NCBI GenBank assembly: GCA_016192455.1
Contig: JACPUC010000008.1
Span: 186,001 to 250,000, forward strand
Direction: 5' to 3'
DNA length: 64,000 bases
Origin: Candidatus Tectimicrobiota bacterium
GTDB lineage: Bacteria; JACPUC01
Of the stretch, positions 48,329 to 58,164 are shown piece by piece. The position numbers were made by a program, and so were the translations under genes. Position 1 is the first letter of the stretch; each line of letters starts with the position of its first letter. The notes below the pieces were generated by a model, which was not told the origin of the DNA, did not search any database, and was given only the letters and a program-made list of their open reading frames with translations.

Positions 48329-49027
48329 ATGGCGACGCTTACCGCTCCAACGATCATCGACGAGATCTGCAACCTGGCCCGTCAGCAAGGGCGCCGCATC
48401 CGCTTCCTGACGGAGCCCTTGCAGCGCGGCCGGGCCATCACCTGGATCGAGCAGCACTGGCTGCGCAACCAGATACTCAGCGCGGTGCTGCGCCCGGCCT
48501 GGCTGAGCCGCTGCGACGACGCGGCCCTGATCGACAAGACCATCCAGCAGATGCGCCAGGAGCTCGTCTACGATGAGGCGATCACGCGCAGCCACCGCCA
48601 GCTCCTCATCGAGTTCGCGGCGGCCATGGGTCTCAGCGGCGCGCGGCTCGACGCTGTTCGACCCCTCGTCTCCAGCCGCGTCTGCTTCCATGTCCTGGAG
48701 AACCTGGCGCGCAGCCAATCGTGGATGCACGGCTGGCTGGCCACCTCCCTGGGGGAGTTCCTCCTCCTGGAGACCGATGCCCTCAAGCCCGAGACCTGGC
48801 GGAGGGCCTTCGGCCTGAGCGAGGCGGACGTCTTCTTCCTTACGTATCACCAGAAGGCGGACGAGGATCACGCCGGCAGGGAGGTGTGGGCTCCCCTCCT
48901 GAGGCACGTGAAGACGAGCGAGCAGGCGGGCAGACTCGTTGCCGCGGCGGAGGATGTCCTCGCCGCCTTGCAGCTCTTCTACGACGGCATCGTGGCGCAT
49001 GGGGACGCGCGCGCCGACCTGCCCTGA
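48329..49027 (+). CDS. Heme-oxygenase-like fold protein (TenA/PqqC/CADD, putative diiron oxidase)
   Basis: QEL...SHRQLLIEFAAAMG, GEF, FLTYHQKADEDHA ligand pattern. Confidence 0.75.
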   Translation: MATLTAPTIIDEICNLARQQGRRIRFLTEPLQRGRAITWIEQHWLRNQILSAVLRPAWLSRCDDAALIDKTIQQMRQELVYDEAITRSHRQLLIEFAAAMGLSGARLDAVRPLVSSRVCFHVLENLARSQSWMHGWLATSLGEFLLLETDALKPETWRRAFGLSEADVFFLTYHQKADEDHAGREVWAPLLRHVKTSEQAGRLVAAAEDVLAALQLFYDGIVAHGDARADLP

Positions 49028-49181
49028 GCGATCCGCCCAGGCTCCTGTGTCCGGCGCCCCTCAGGCCGGAGTTGGCGCGAGACGGTGAACATGGGGTATG
49101 CTTGGCGGCGCCGCTTGCCGAATGTCGTTGATCATCCCTGGCGACCGAGTGTCCGGCGGACAGGCAGCCTGCCTATCGAAA

Positions 49182-49248
49182 CCTCTGCGTCCTCGGCGTC
49201 TCCGCGGTGCACTCCAATGAACCGCGGAGGCGCGGAGAGCGCAGAGGG
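49182..49248. repeat. Solo copy of the CTCTGCG...CGCAGAG hairpin repeat
   Basis: CCTCTGCGTCCTCGGCGTCTCCGCGGTG...ACCGCGGAGGCGCGGAGAGCGCAGAGG, same family as the 30.6-31.2 kb array. Confidence 0.75.
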
Positions 49249-49354
49249 GAAAGACACCGGCCGAACGACCGTTCACCTCAGCAATGTCGTGACATCAACC
49301 ACGTAGAGGTTCTTTTCCCCAAGCAGGCAGCAGGTTTCCCCTTCTCTCAACGGG

Positions 49355-49657
49355 ATGATGACCATGGCAGAGGTTGAGAACGGTCTGTTGCACGCGGTTC
49401 GGCAGCTTTGCTACGACGACACGGGAGCGCTCTTCGTGCCGCGCGAGCTGTTCAACAAGCTCGACTACTCTGAACCCTACCCGATCAAGAATATCTCCAT
49501 GGTCCGCCTCGAGGCCTGGAAGAGACAAACCAGCAAGCTGAAGATCAAGCCGGACGAGGTGGATGCCCTCCTTGCGAAGCTCACCGCCCACGCCAAGGAG
49601 AGAGGAAGCGAGATCAAGACGGAGCTGCTGGAGGGGATCGCCACCTGGAAGGAGTGA
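49355..49657 (+). CDS. Hypothetical small soluble protein
   Basis: 100-aa ORF with protein-like composition and GC3-biased codons, between two co-oriented genes. Confidence 0.65.
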   Translation: MMTMAEVENGLLHAVRQLCYDDTGALFVPRELFNKLDYSEPYPIKNISMVRLEAWKRQTSKLKIKPDEVDALLAKLTAHAKERGSEIKTELLEGIATWKE

Positions 49658-50048
49658 GGCGCGCCGTCGCCCGGGCACATGGGCCGGCATGCGCTCGATC
49701 CGAGTCACGCCGCCATTCGCCCGCGAAGCCTTGCGGGAGGAGCGCCAGCAAGCGCGGGGGTTCCCCTGCGCACAGCGGGCGAGGCGTCCTTGTGCATCCA
49801 GCCTGTGGGAGAGTGGAGAAGAGAGTGCTTGAGAAGAGGTTCCACGTTTCCCACATTAGAGAGTGTGCACAGTGGAACACCTGCCGCGCCGCAGCGGCAG
49901 CCTGCTGGCGAGCGCAGCGGAGTCAGCCCCTGCTCAAGGCCCGGAATCTTCTCCGCGGCGGCGAGTCGACGGTCCGTCGCGCGCCAGGAGAGCATAGGCC
50001 ACGATGGAACGCCGCCGCGGCGCGATGTCGTGGTCGGGAGGGCACGGC

Positions 50049-50789
50049 ATGAGCGACGACACCCTGGTAGCAGAGTACTTGGTAGAAACCGAGGCAGCCT
50101 GGATCAACGAGGCGCGCGACACCCTCGTCACCCCCTACCGCAAGAAGATGGCCGAGCATCCGTACCTGCGCGAGGCCATTGCGGGAACCTTGCCGCGCGA
50201 GAAGCTGCTGTGCTTGGCCGAGAACACGCTCTGGCTCATTACGAGCTTCCCGGAAGTCATTGCCACGTTTGCCTCCCGCTGTCCGAGGTATGACCATGGG
50301 TTGAAGAAGCAACTGCTTGCGAACGCCTGGAGCGAGCATGAGCATCCCATGTTCTTGGCGCGGGCCGTGAAGGCCCTGGGGGGCGATCCGGCGCCGATCC
50401 TGAAGGGTCCGGATTGGGGCCCCTTCCAGCCGAAGCGCGTGGTCATCTGCATGCGCTACTGGATGCACTACGCGGCGCATCAATTGAGCTGGCCCGAAGC
50501 CCTCGCCGCCGTTCCGGTCGGGATTGAGTCCTTCGTCCCGTACCAGATGAACCCCATTTGGAAATCCCTGACCACGAACTACGGCCTCTCGGCCGACGAC
50601 ACGGAATGGTTTGCCATCCACGGCGGCGAGGTGGAGATGGAGCACGGCAACGAGGGCATCCGCCGGCTCGAGAAGTACGTCCACCCGCGCGACCTGGAGA
50701 TGCAGCAAGCCTGCCGGCATGCCATCAAGCAGAGCGCTGACATCCTCTGTGATTGGATGCTGGAGACGTGGTACTTCAACACGCCGTAG
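50049..50789 (+). CDS. Heme-oxygenase-like fold protein (TenA/PqqC/CADD, putative diiron oxidase)
   Basis: HPY, NAWSEHEH, GIESF, WFAIHGGEVEMEHG; GGAGG RBS. Confidence 0.8.
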   Translation: MSDDTLVAEYLVETEAAWINEARDTLVTPYRKKMAEHPYLREAIAGTLPREKLLCLAENTLWLITSFPEVIATFASRCPRYDHGLKKQLLANAWSEHEHPMFLARAVKALGGDPAPILKGPDWGPFQPKRVVICMRYWMHYAAHQLSWPEALAAVPVGIESFVPYQMNPIWKSLTTNYGLSADDTEWFAIHGGEVEMEHGNEGIRRLEKYVHPRDLEMQQACRHAIKQSADILCDWMLETWYFNTP

Positions 50790-50902
50790 GCGGACGATCC
50801 GCGGCGCGCGGCAGCTCGCGGCCAGGCGGCTGAGGAAGGAGCGGCGCGTGGGGGGATGCTCTTCATCCGCGCCAGGCTCTTGGCGGGAGCTTTCGCGACG
50901 CC

Positions 50903-51715
50903 TCACGAAACGCCGGGCAGATGGGAGAGGAAGAACTCCAGGGCGAGCTCATTGAAGCGCTCGGGCTGTTCGTAGAACGCGCCGTGGGCGGCCCCGGGAA
51001 GGATGTGGAGGTCGGAGGCGGGAAGGTGCCGGTGCACGCTCTCGACGCGCGGGCGGTTGTAGTCGTGCTCGCCGCAGAGCAGGCGGGTGGGCATGCGAAT
51101 CTCCCGCAGGCGCGCCGTGATATCTCCCGGCGTCAGCGACAGGTCCTCCCGCATGCGCACGACCCAGGCGGTGGCGGAGTTCTCGTCGCAGATGCCGCGG
51201 TAGCGGCGCACCTCCTCGGGGTACTCGGCGCGGAACGTTTCGCTGAAGACACTGGCGGCGAAAAGGCGCTCGAAGAGGGCGCCGCAGCCCTCCGCCTCGG
51301 CCCATGTCAAGGCCTGAATGAGGCGCTGCCGGAAGCCATCGGAGACCCGCCAGGTGGCGCCGCAGCCGCTCACCAGCAGCGCCGCGATGCGCTGCGGCGC
51401 CAACAGGGCCGTGCGCAGCGCCGTGGCCCCTCCCATCGAGTAGCCAAGGAGAAAGACGCGCGGCATCCCCAGGGCCTCGAGCAGGCCGAGGATGTCCCGC
51501 GCGATGGTGAAGCGATCGTAGTCGCAGGGCGGGGCGCTCGAGCGCCCAAAGCCGCGCTCGTCCACCAGGAGAACCTTGAAGGCGCGAGCAAACACCGGCG
51601 TCTGCTTGTGCCAGGAGCCGCTGTTTCCCTCGCCGCCATGGAGCAGCACGAGGGGAAACCCGTCCCCATGGAGCTCGTAGTAGAGACGCACGGAGTTTAC
51701 GTTGACGTAGGGCAT
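50903..51715 (-). CDS. Alpha/beta hydrolase
   Basis: VLLHG, DERGFGRS, GYSMGG nucleophile elbow, GEHD, GAAH. Confidence 0.92.
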   Translation of the reverse strand: MPYVNVNSVRLYYELHGDGFPLVLLHGGEGNSGSWHKQTPVFARAFKVLLVDERGFGRSSAPPCDYDRFTIARDILGLLEALGMPRVFLLGYSMGGATALRTALLAPQRIAALLVSGCGATWRVSDGFRQRLIQALTWAEAEGCGALFERLFAASVFSETFRAEYPEEVRRYRGICDENSATAWVVRMREDLSLTPGDITARLREIRMPTRLLCGEHDYNRPRVESVHRHLPASDLHILPGAAHGAFYEQPERFNELALEFFLSHLPGVS

Positions 51716-51811
51716 GGAGATCAGCCACGGATGAGGGAGGAAATACCGGCACGGCGCGGCGGCGGGGGTGCGCCGCTGAAAGCCCGGGAGAGCCGCGCCG
51801 CGCAGGCCCGC

Positions 51812-53491
51812 TTATGGCTCCAGGAGCTTCGCTTGGAATCCCTCGGCCTGGAGTTGCGCGCGCATCTCGGCGGCCAGACGGCGAAGTCCAAACACGCCGA
51901 CGAAGAGGCGCTGCGACGCGCCGTCAAGCTTGCGCCGCGGGTAGAGGGAGACCGGATAGCCGCGCTCGACAAGCTTCGTGACCCGTGCTTCAAGGTTGTC
52001 GCGCCCGAGCACCTCCACGAGGTAGGGCGCGAAGATGACCTTGTACTCCTGCGCCATGCGTTCCCGCACTAACTTCTCGCCCACGCCCGCGGCAGCTTCC
52101 TTGCTCTCGTAGCGCCCGACGTAGACGCCATACCACGTGCCGCTGCTCTGGTAGACCACCGTGCTCCAGGTGGCGTTATAGCCGCGCCGCAACAGGCGGC
52201 GCACCTCTTCGACGGCGCGGCGAGGCTCTCGATAGAGCGCCACGCGCACCACGAAGCGCGGCTTTGCCGGCAGGCCTGATTCCCCCGCCGGCGTCTGCCG
52301 GGCATCGGGGCCGGCTCCGGCTTCGACCTTCTTGGCAACGGCTGACTCGCCGCCTGGCTGGCTCGCCGACTCCTTGGCGGCATGCGGCGCCGGCTGCGGC
52401 GCCGGCTGCGAGGGAACGGCCGGCGGCTCGTCGCCTTTCCCGCCCGCGGCGCGCCCGGCGTCCGCGACCAACGCGGCGGGCGGAGCGACCGCGGCGCCGG
52501 CCGGCGGCTGCGCCGCCCCCGACTCACTTCCCCCCGCGGCCCCCGCTGGCGCCTGCCGGGGCGCCCGTCGCGGCGGCTCACCGGCTTTCCTCTGCGCCGG
52601 CTTCTCCTGCTCCGCCAGTTTTCTTCGCGCTGCCTCGGTGCGCGCCTGCCTTGCTTGCTCCAGACTCGCTCCCTTTTGCCCAGGACGCCCCGTGACCTCT
52701 CCGGAGGCTTCACCCGAGGGTGCGCCGGCGCCGCGCTCTAGGTTCCCGGCGGCTGTCTGGCTGCCGCGTGCGCGTTCTTCCGTCGCAGGAGACTGCCCCC
52801 CCTGGCTTGCAGCTCCTGCCTGCGTCGGGAGGCTGGCCGCACCGCCGGCAGCGGCACGCTGCGGGGATTCCCCAGCCGCGGGCGGGAAGGCCCTCGCCGC
52901 CTCGCCCTTGACGGCGCCGGGGCTGGCCGCCGCAGCCGGCGCCGGCGTGGAGGGTGCGGTCTCCGCTGCCGCGACTCGGCCAGGCGCGGCTGGGGCCGCC
53001 GCGGTCTCGCCTAGAACGGCGGCGCCGCCGGGCATGCCGTGGGGGACACCGCCGGCGACGGGCGGGGCCTCAGCCGAGGGGGGCGCGGCGCCGGCCTGCA
53101 GCGGCGTCCCTGCCGGTGTGGCCGCGCCGGCTGCTTGGCTCGGGGACTTCCCCTCCTCCCCTCTGACCTCGGGCCGGGCGTCCGGCATCCGCCTGGGTGT
53201 TAGCGACCCAGCCGGGGAAGGTGACGGGGCCTGCCGCGCCGCGTCAATTGAAGGGGCAGGAGAAGATCTCCGCGCCGTCGGGCGCTCTTGCCGCGAGGGC
53301 TGAAGTTGACGTGTGAAGAGCTCGCCGCCGCGCAGCCCAGCGAAGATGCCGAGCCCCACCACGGCGGCAAGCAAGACCGCAAGCACGCCCCGGCGCGCCG
53401 CGCTCGCCGGGCGTCCGCCGCGCCGCCGGCCTCCCTCCCCCAGCTCGAAGAGGAGACCGTGGCCGCGTTTGAGGAGGTTGATCTTGAGCAT
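51812..53491 (-). CDS. Membrane-anchored SPOR-domain protein with long Ala/Pro linker
   Basis: MLKINLL start, one TM helix, low-complexity linker, two SPOR-like units (WYGVYVGRYESKEAA; RLFVGVF...LQAEGF). Confidence 0.75.
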   Translation of the reverse strand: MLKINLLKRGHGLLFELGEGGRRRGGRPASAARRGVLAVLLAAVVGLGIFAGLRGGELFTRQLQPSRQERPTARRSSPAPSIDAARQAPSPSPAGSLTPRRMPDARPEVRGEEGKSPSQAAGAATPAGTPLQAGAAPPSAEAPPVAGGVPHGMPGGAAVLGETAAAPAAPGRVAAAETAPSTPAPAAAASPGAVKGEAARAFPPAAGESPQRAAAGGAASLPTQAGAASQGGQSPATEERARGSQTAAGNLERGAGAPSGEASGEVTGRPGQKGASLEQARQARTEAARRKLAEQEKPAQRKAGEPPRRAPRQAPAGAAGGSESGAAQPPAGAAVAPPAALVADAGRAAGGKGDEPPAVPSQPAPQPAPHAAKESASQPGGESAVAKKVEAGAGPDARQTPAGESGLPAKPRFVVRVALYREPRRAVEEVRRLLRRGYNATWSTVVYQSSGTWYGVYVGRYESKEAAAGVGEKLVRERMAQEYKVIFAPYLVEVLGRDNLEARVTKLVERGYPVSLYPRRKLDGASQRLFVGVFGLRRLAAEMRAQLQAEGFQAKLLEP

Positions 53492-53615
53492 AGTGCCGTC
53501 GAGCGCTGCGAGCAGCCTGCGGTGCCTCGGAGACGGGGCGTGCGCGCCGCAGCGCAACTGGCTGCGCCCGCCGCCGCGTCCCCCCGCGAGGGGGCGCGAG
53601 GCAAGGGCGCGGGGC

Positions 53616-54410
53616 TTACTTCTCCCCCTCGCCCTCAGGCGCTGCCGGTGGCACGGTCAGCGAGAGCGTTTGCGAGATGCTGCTCCGGAACTGCGGGACA
53701 TCCCATTCCAGGTGCAAGGTTCCGGCCTCGCCGCCGGAGCGTTGGAAGTAGAGAAACCCAGTGGCGGTCGCACCCGGCTGGAGGAGAGCGGGTTGCAAGC
53801 CCCGCACGGTCACCTCGTTGCGCACGACGCCGTACCAGTATGGATCGTAGTAGCGGTACGGCCCCCAGAAGGGATCATAGAAGGGGTCATAGCGGAACCC
53901 ACGCCGGAAGAAAGGATGAGCCGTGAGCGCGACGACCGGCGCCGCCCGCCGAGCCTCGGTCACCGCGAGGCGGGCATCCCAGCCGCGCGCCGGGGGCGTC
54001 TCTGCCCGCAGTGCGTAGTACTGCGCCACCTCGCTCGGCGGCAGGGCCGCAAATTGAAACCCGCGCGCGTCGCGCAGGCGAAAATCAATCAGCCTGATCT
54101 GGATCGGCGCCTGTCGCTCGTTGCGGATGAGGAGACCGATCGGGGTGACGACGCCGGGCAGGTCATAGGGTGGATACGTCCAGCGTTCCACGGCGAGCAG
54201 CAGAACAGCCCCATCGACCGCTGCGCGCAGGTCCGGGCGGGCATGCAGGGGCGCTGGAGCCTGATAGCTGGCGGTCGTCGCGCATCCCGAAAGAGCCGCG
54301 GCAACGATCACCAGGAGGAGCGCCACTCCCCAGCGGCGCGAGGCGGTTGTCGCCGCCACGCCGCCCTTCCCGCAACCTCCCCGCGGTGTGAAGAGGTGGA
54401 TAGCACTCAT
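53616..54410 (-). CDS. Putative lipoprotein
   Basis: LSGC lipobox; Tyr/Pro-rich YDPF repeats; LQPGATATGFLYF. Confidence 0.7.
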   Translation of the reverse strand: MSAIHLFTPRGGCGKGGVAATTASRRWGVALLLVIVAAALSGCATTASYQAPAPLHARPDLRAAVDGAVLLLAVERWTYPPYDLPGVVTPIGLLIRNERQAPIQIRLIDFRLRDARGFQFAALPPSEVAQYYALRAETPPARGWDARLAVTEARRAAPVVALTAHPFFRRGFRYDPFYDPFWGPYRYYDPYWYGVVRNEVTVRGLQPALLQPGATATGFLYFQRSGGEAGTLHLEWDVPQFRSSISQTLSLTVPPAAPEGEGEK

Positions 54411-54808
54411 CGCGCGTGATCCGGCGGCATGAGCGCAGTGTCGCAGCCGAGAATGCTCCCCCGCTGCCTGCGCCGCGGTGTTCTCCTGCGCCGCCGCTTC
54501 CGCTCGGCTGGTCCGCCGCGGAGGGCGAAGGACCCTCCCCCGACGACAGGCGATGGGGAAAGAACACCCGCGGTCGCCGGCACGCGGCCGCCTCCCTGCC
54601 GGTCCGCCATGCCGTGGCCTCGCTCCAGAACGGGCCTGGCGACCCCCGTCTGGCCGAACACCCTTCCTTCACTCTGCTCGTATGGGTAAGACACGCCAGA
54701 AGAAAGGTTGTTGCAACGCCAAGGGGGAAAATACACCCCTTTCCCCTCACCCACCCGTCCCGGCCATGCACGGTGAGAACCAGCATCCCCCGCGAGCCGC
54801 TGACCCCG

Positions 54809-55090
54809 CTACGAGCCTTTCGTCAGGGGGCTCCACCAGCCGAGCTTGAACGAGGGACGCAAGGGCGGTTCTTCCTCCTGAAACGGATCGCGGTCCGAAT
54901 TGGTCATACTGTACTTGCAGCGTATCTGTTGCGTGTTGCACGCCATCATGAAGTGGCAGCGCTGGCGGCCCGTCGTGAGGATGACGTCGTGGGCGCCCAC
55001 GCCCTCGAACACCTCCTGCTCTTCTTCCAGCGACACTTCGCGTTGCGTGATGCGGCAGTAGTTAAAGTGTGATTGAATTCTCCTCCCCAC
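54809..55090 (-). CDS. Small Cys-containing hypothetical protein
   Basis: GAGGAGG RBS before GTG; four Cys in 93 aa. Confidence 0.6.
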   Translation of the reverse strand: MGRRIQSHFNYCRITQREVSLEEEQEVFEGVGAHDVILTTGRQRCHFMMACNTQQIRCKYSMTNSDRDPFQEEEPPLRPSFKLGWWSPLTKGS

Positions 55091-55328
55091 CGCTCCTCCT
55101 CACCTCCCCCCAACTCAGGCAGCCACGATGTGGCCGCGCCGCTGGCTGCCTGAAAATCCGGCTTGCGGAAACCTTGACGCGCCGTCTACCGGACGCGGCC
55201 CGCGGCACGGCACCCGCTCCGCTCCCGCCGCCGCGAACGGTGGGCGACGCTCTTCCCCAGGCTGTGGCGCGCCAACTTCGGCTACGGGCCCGCACCCGGA
55301 AGAACGACCGAGCTTCGGGATCTGTAAT

Positions 55329-55652
55329 TCACGAGCTCACATGCCTGAGAACTTCACATTGCCCTTTCAGCATGGCGCCCTCTTCGACTAACAGGGAGGG
55401 GGTCTGCAGGTTCCCGTAGAGGCGACACGTGGCATGCAGCTCGATGCGCTGGGAGGCGACGATGTTGCCGAGAATCTCGCCATGCACGATCAGCGTACCC
55501 GCTTCAATATCGGTCTCGAGGCAGGCTCGCTCGCCGACGACCAGCGTGCCATTCGTGCTGACCTTGCCCTGCAGCTTGCCATCCACGCGCAGAATCCCCT
55601 GGAAACTCAGCGTCCCCTTGAACTCAACCTCTTCACCAAGAAAGGCATCCAG
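55329..55652 (-). CDS. Bactofilin (polymer-forming cytoskeletal protein)
   Basis: LDAFLGEEVEFKGTLSFQGILRVDGKLQG...VHGEILGNI...GNLQTPSLLVEEGAMLKGQC; no in-frame ATG/GTG/TTG before the first beta-helix strand, so a CTG start is proposed. Confidence 0.8.
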   Translation of the reverse strand: MDAFLGEEVEFKGTLSFQGILRVDGKLQGKVSTNGTLVVGERACLETDIEAGTLIVHGEILGNIVASQRIELHATCRLYGNLQTPSLLVEEGAMLKGQCEVLRHVSS

Positions 55653-56094
55653 TGTTGCATCCTCCCGATGGTCTCAGTGCCTGCATCAGGTAGCACGGGG
55701 TGGCCGAACTCAGGCGCGCCGCTGGCAGGGCGCCTGCGCGGGCCTCCCGAAGCGCGGAGCGGCGGCAGGCCCTCCTCCTCCCTGACACGGCATTGCAGGA
55801 GCGCCCACGCGTCCCTCGCCCGCGGCCCGTCGACATCTGCCGGAGGGGCATCACTCCAGAGAGCGTATCAGGCGTTACGGAGCTGCTGCCTTGCCCCACC
55901 TCCGCGCTTCATCATACGGAATTCCGCGCCGGAACACAATCAGCCCTGGCGCGGCGCACGGCCTTGCGCCTGCCGCGGCAAGAATTCCACACCAGGGTCT
56001 TGCGCTGTCGTCTCTCCTGAACCATAGTGAAGGAGGTTCAGTCAGCCCGTAACAGCCGAACGATCTCCCAGCGGCTCTCCCTTCGATTACCCCA

Positions 56095-58164
56095 GTGGAG
56101 CGAGCCGATCCCCACGCGCAGCGTCACGAGCCCAGCTCAGGCCCTCCGCTGGCGGCGCCTGATGGTGTGGTTCCGGCGGTGTCTCTCCCGATGCAGGCTT
56201 CCACGTTCAGCGACCATGTCTGGAATGCCCCTGGGGGCCTCGCCGCCCCTTTCACGCGCTGGGGATCCTCGGGGTGGGCGCTGCTCCTCTCGCTCCTCGT
56301 CCACTGGCTGGTTGTGGGAGGCATGCTCCTAGGTGAATCCTTCCTGCCCCGCGCCGCACCGCCGGGGGTTGTTCACGTCCGCATGGTTGATCTCCAGAAT
56401 CCGGTGAGCAGCCTGACCCCGTTGCCCCCGCCGAACCGGACAAGCCTTGCGGCGTCCAGGGCGCCGGTGCAGCCGCAAGCCCCCACTGCTGGAGCCCCGC
56501 GCCCGGCCGCGGAGACCGCGCCAACTCCGCCGTCCGCCGAAACGAGCCCGCCGCAAGCACCGGCAGGTCCGCCACTTCCCGCCAAGGAGAAGGAAGCGGG
56601 CCCGGCCCGGCCGCGGGCGGAAGCCATACCCCTGCCGGCACCCGCCGAGGAGCGCCAGGCAAAGAGCGCCGCTCCGCTGGCGGCGCCACCGCCGCCGTCG
56701 CCCTCGCGTCGGTTGCAACTCGCGCCACGGCGGCCCCCGGCGACCGGAGAGGACGCAGGTGCAGGCTTGGCGCGGCCTTCAGCCCCCTCTCCCGAGGCTC
56801 CCAAGGAGGGTACGCAGCCCGGCGGCCGCCTCGAGACGGCAGCCGCGCCCCTCGCGGAGAGCACCGAGGCCGCTCCGGCGGCGGCGGCCTCGGCGGCGCG
56901 TGGGCCCGCCATCTCTGATCAACATCGGGGCGAGCCTGACATGGCCCCTCCCCCTGCCGCGGCAGCCCCCGCCTCGCCGGAGCGCCCAGCAGCTCATCCC
57001 CTCGTCGCGCCGGCCAAGCCTGGCGAGGCGAAGAAGCCCCTCTCCCCGGTGGAGACGGCGGCAGCAGATGGAGCATCAAGCGAGGTGGCGGATGCCGCCT
57101 CCAAGGTCGTGAAGAAGGCGCCACTGCCTGCTCAGGGCGAGAGCGGCACGACGCGCTCGCCCTCCGCTGGCAGGGTCAGCCCCCTGCAGCCCGCCCCCCT
57201 CGGAGCCGCCATCGAGGGGGAGGGCGCCGAGCCGCCGACGCCGCGCCTGAAGCAAGCTCCCTCCGCCGACAAGAGGCACGTCACGGAGCAGCCGCCGACA
57301 AGCGCCGTTGAGTCGGCGCCGAGCCAGCCCGCCGCTCCTCCTCTTTGGCGTGGCGATGAGGAGGTGGCGCGGCTCGACCCGCGCGAGGGGAGCGCGCCAC
57401 CTGTGGCGAGGCCGGAGAGAGCAATCGCCGCCCCGGCGCCGCAGGAGGCCGAGCCGAGTCCGCGCCGCGCCCCTGCCGACCTCAGGGCGGCAGAGCCAGG
57501 CGCCGAATCGTCGTACGTCCACGGCCTCGTTCCGGAGGAGCTGAGGCTCTCCGCCCCATCCCAGGTGGCGCGTGCGGGCGGCGGGCAGCAGCCCCGTGAG
57601 GCCGAGGCGGGAGCGGCTGGTGCAGCGCGGGGGGATGGCTGGTCACTGCCCAAGGCTCCGCAAGGGGACATGGAGTGGAGTGGACCGTACGACGGAGGCG
57701 CGGCCGCCGGGCGCGGATCAGGCGGGCGGCGGGCGGTCACGAATGATGAGGCGCGTTACGAGCCCTATTTCCAACAACAATGTGAGAAGATCGTGCGCAT
57801 CTGGAATCGCAAGTGGCAGGATAAGTACCGCAACCCAGAGTTTCAGCCGCCCCCGCCGACGAAGCTCTTCTCGCTGGCCCTTGAGATCAGCATCCGCAAG
57901 GACGGCAGCTTGGGCGGATACCGCGTGTTGCAACCCTCGGGCTACCTCCTCCTCGATACGCTGTCGCTCGACAGCATCACCGCGGCCGCTCCCTTCGGTG
58001 CCCTGCCGGAGCGCCTGGGAGCGGAGGAGCTGATCTACCCGTTCACCTTCAACGCCGAGTTCTCGCGCCGGCCGGAGGGGAGTTGCGAGATGTCCCCAAT
58101 GCCCCTGCCCGGCCTGAACGCCAGGATCCGCTCCGTCACCCCTTCGGGTTCCCCACCACAATAA
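56095..58164 (+). CDS. TonB-like protein (TM anchor, Pro/Ala-rich linker, TonB_C domain)
   Basis: SLLVH TM motif; ISIRKDGSL...PSGYLLLD...AAAPFGALP; start uncertain. Confidence 0.78.
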   Translation: MERADPHAQRHEPSSGPPLAAPDGVVPAVSLPMQASTFSDHVWNAPGGLAAPFTRWGSSGWALLLSLLVHWLVVGGMLLGESFLPRAAPPGVVHVRMVDLQNPVSSLTPLPPPNRTSLAASRAPVQPQAPTAGAPRPAAETAPTPPSAETSPPQAPAGPPLPAKEKEAGPARPRAEAIPLPAPAEERQAKSAAPLAAPPPPSPSRRLQLAPRRPPATGEDAGAGLARPSAPSPEAPKEGTQPGGRLETAAAPLAESTEAAPAAAASAARGPAISDQHRGEPDMAPPPAAAAPASPERPAAHPLVAPAKPGEAKKPLSPVETAAADGASSEVADAASKVVKKAPLPAQGESGTTRSPSAGRVSPLQPAPLGAAIEGEGAEPPTPRLKQAPSADKRHVTEQPPTSAVESAPSQPAAPPLWRGDEEVARLDPREGSAPPVARPERAIAAPAPQEAEPSPRRAPADLRAAEPGAESSYVHGLVPEELRLSAPSQVARAGGGQQPREAEAGAAGAARGDGWSLPKAPQGDMEWSGPYDGGAAAGRGSGGRRAVTNDEARYEPYFQQQCEKIVRIWNRKWQDKYRNPEFQPPPPTKLFSLALEISIRKDGSLGGYRVLQPSGYLLLDTLSLDSITAAAPFGALPERLGAEELIYPFTFNAEFSRRPEGSCEMSPMPLPGLNARIRSVTPSGSPPQ

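Noticed and set aside
46742-49000. 752-aa minus-strand ORF
   Set aside because: Antisense shadow of the DUF815 and heme-oxygenase-like genes.
49838-49880. Second parS site
   Set aside because: Only separated half-sites (GTTCCACGT ... GTGGAACA), not a 16-bp palindrome.
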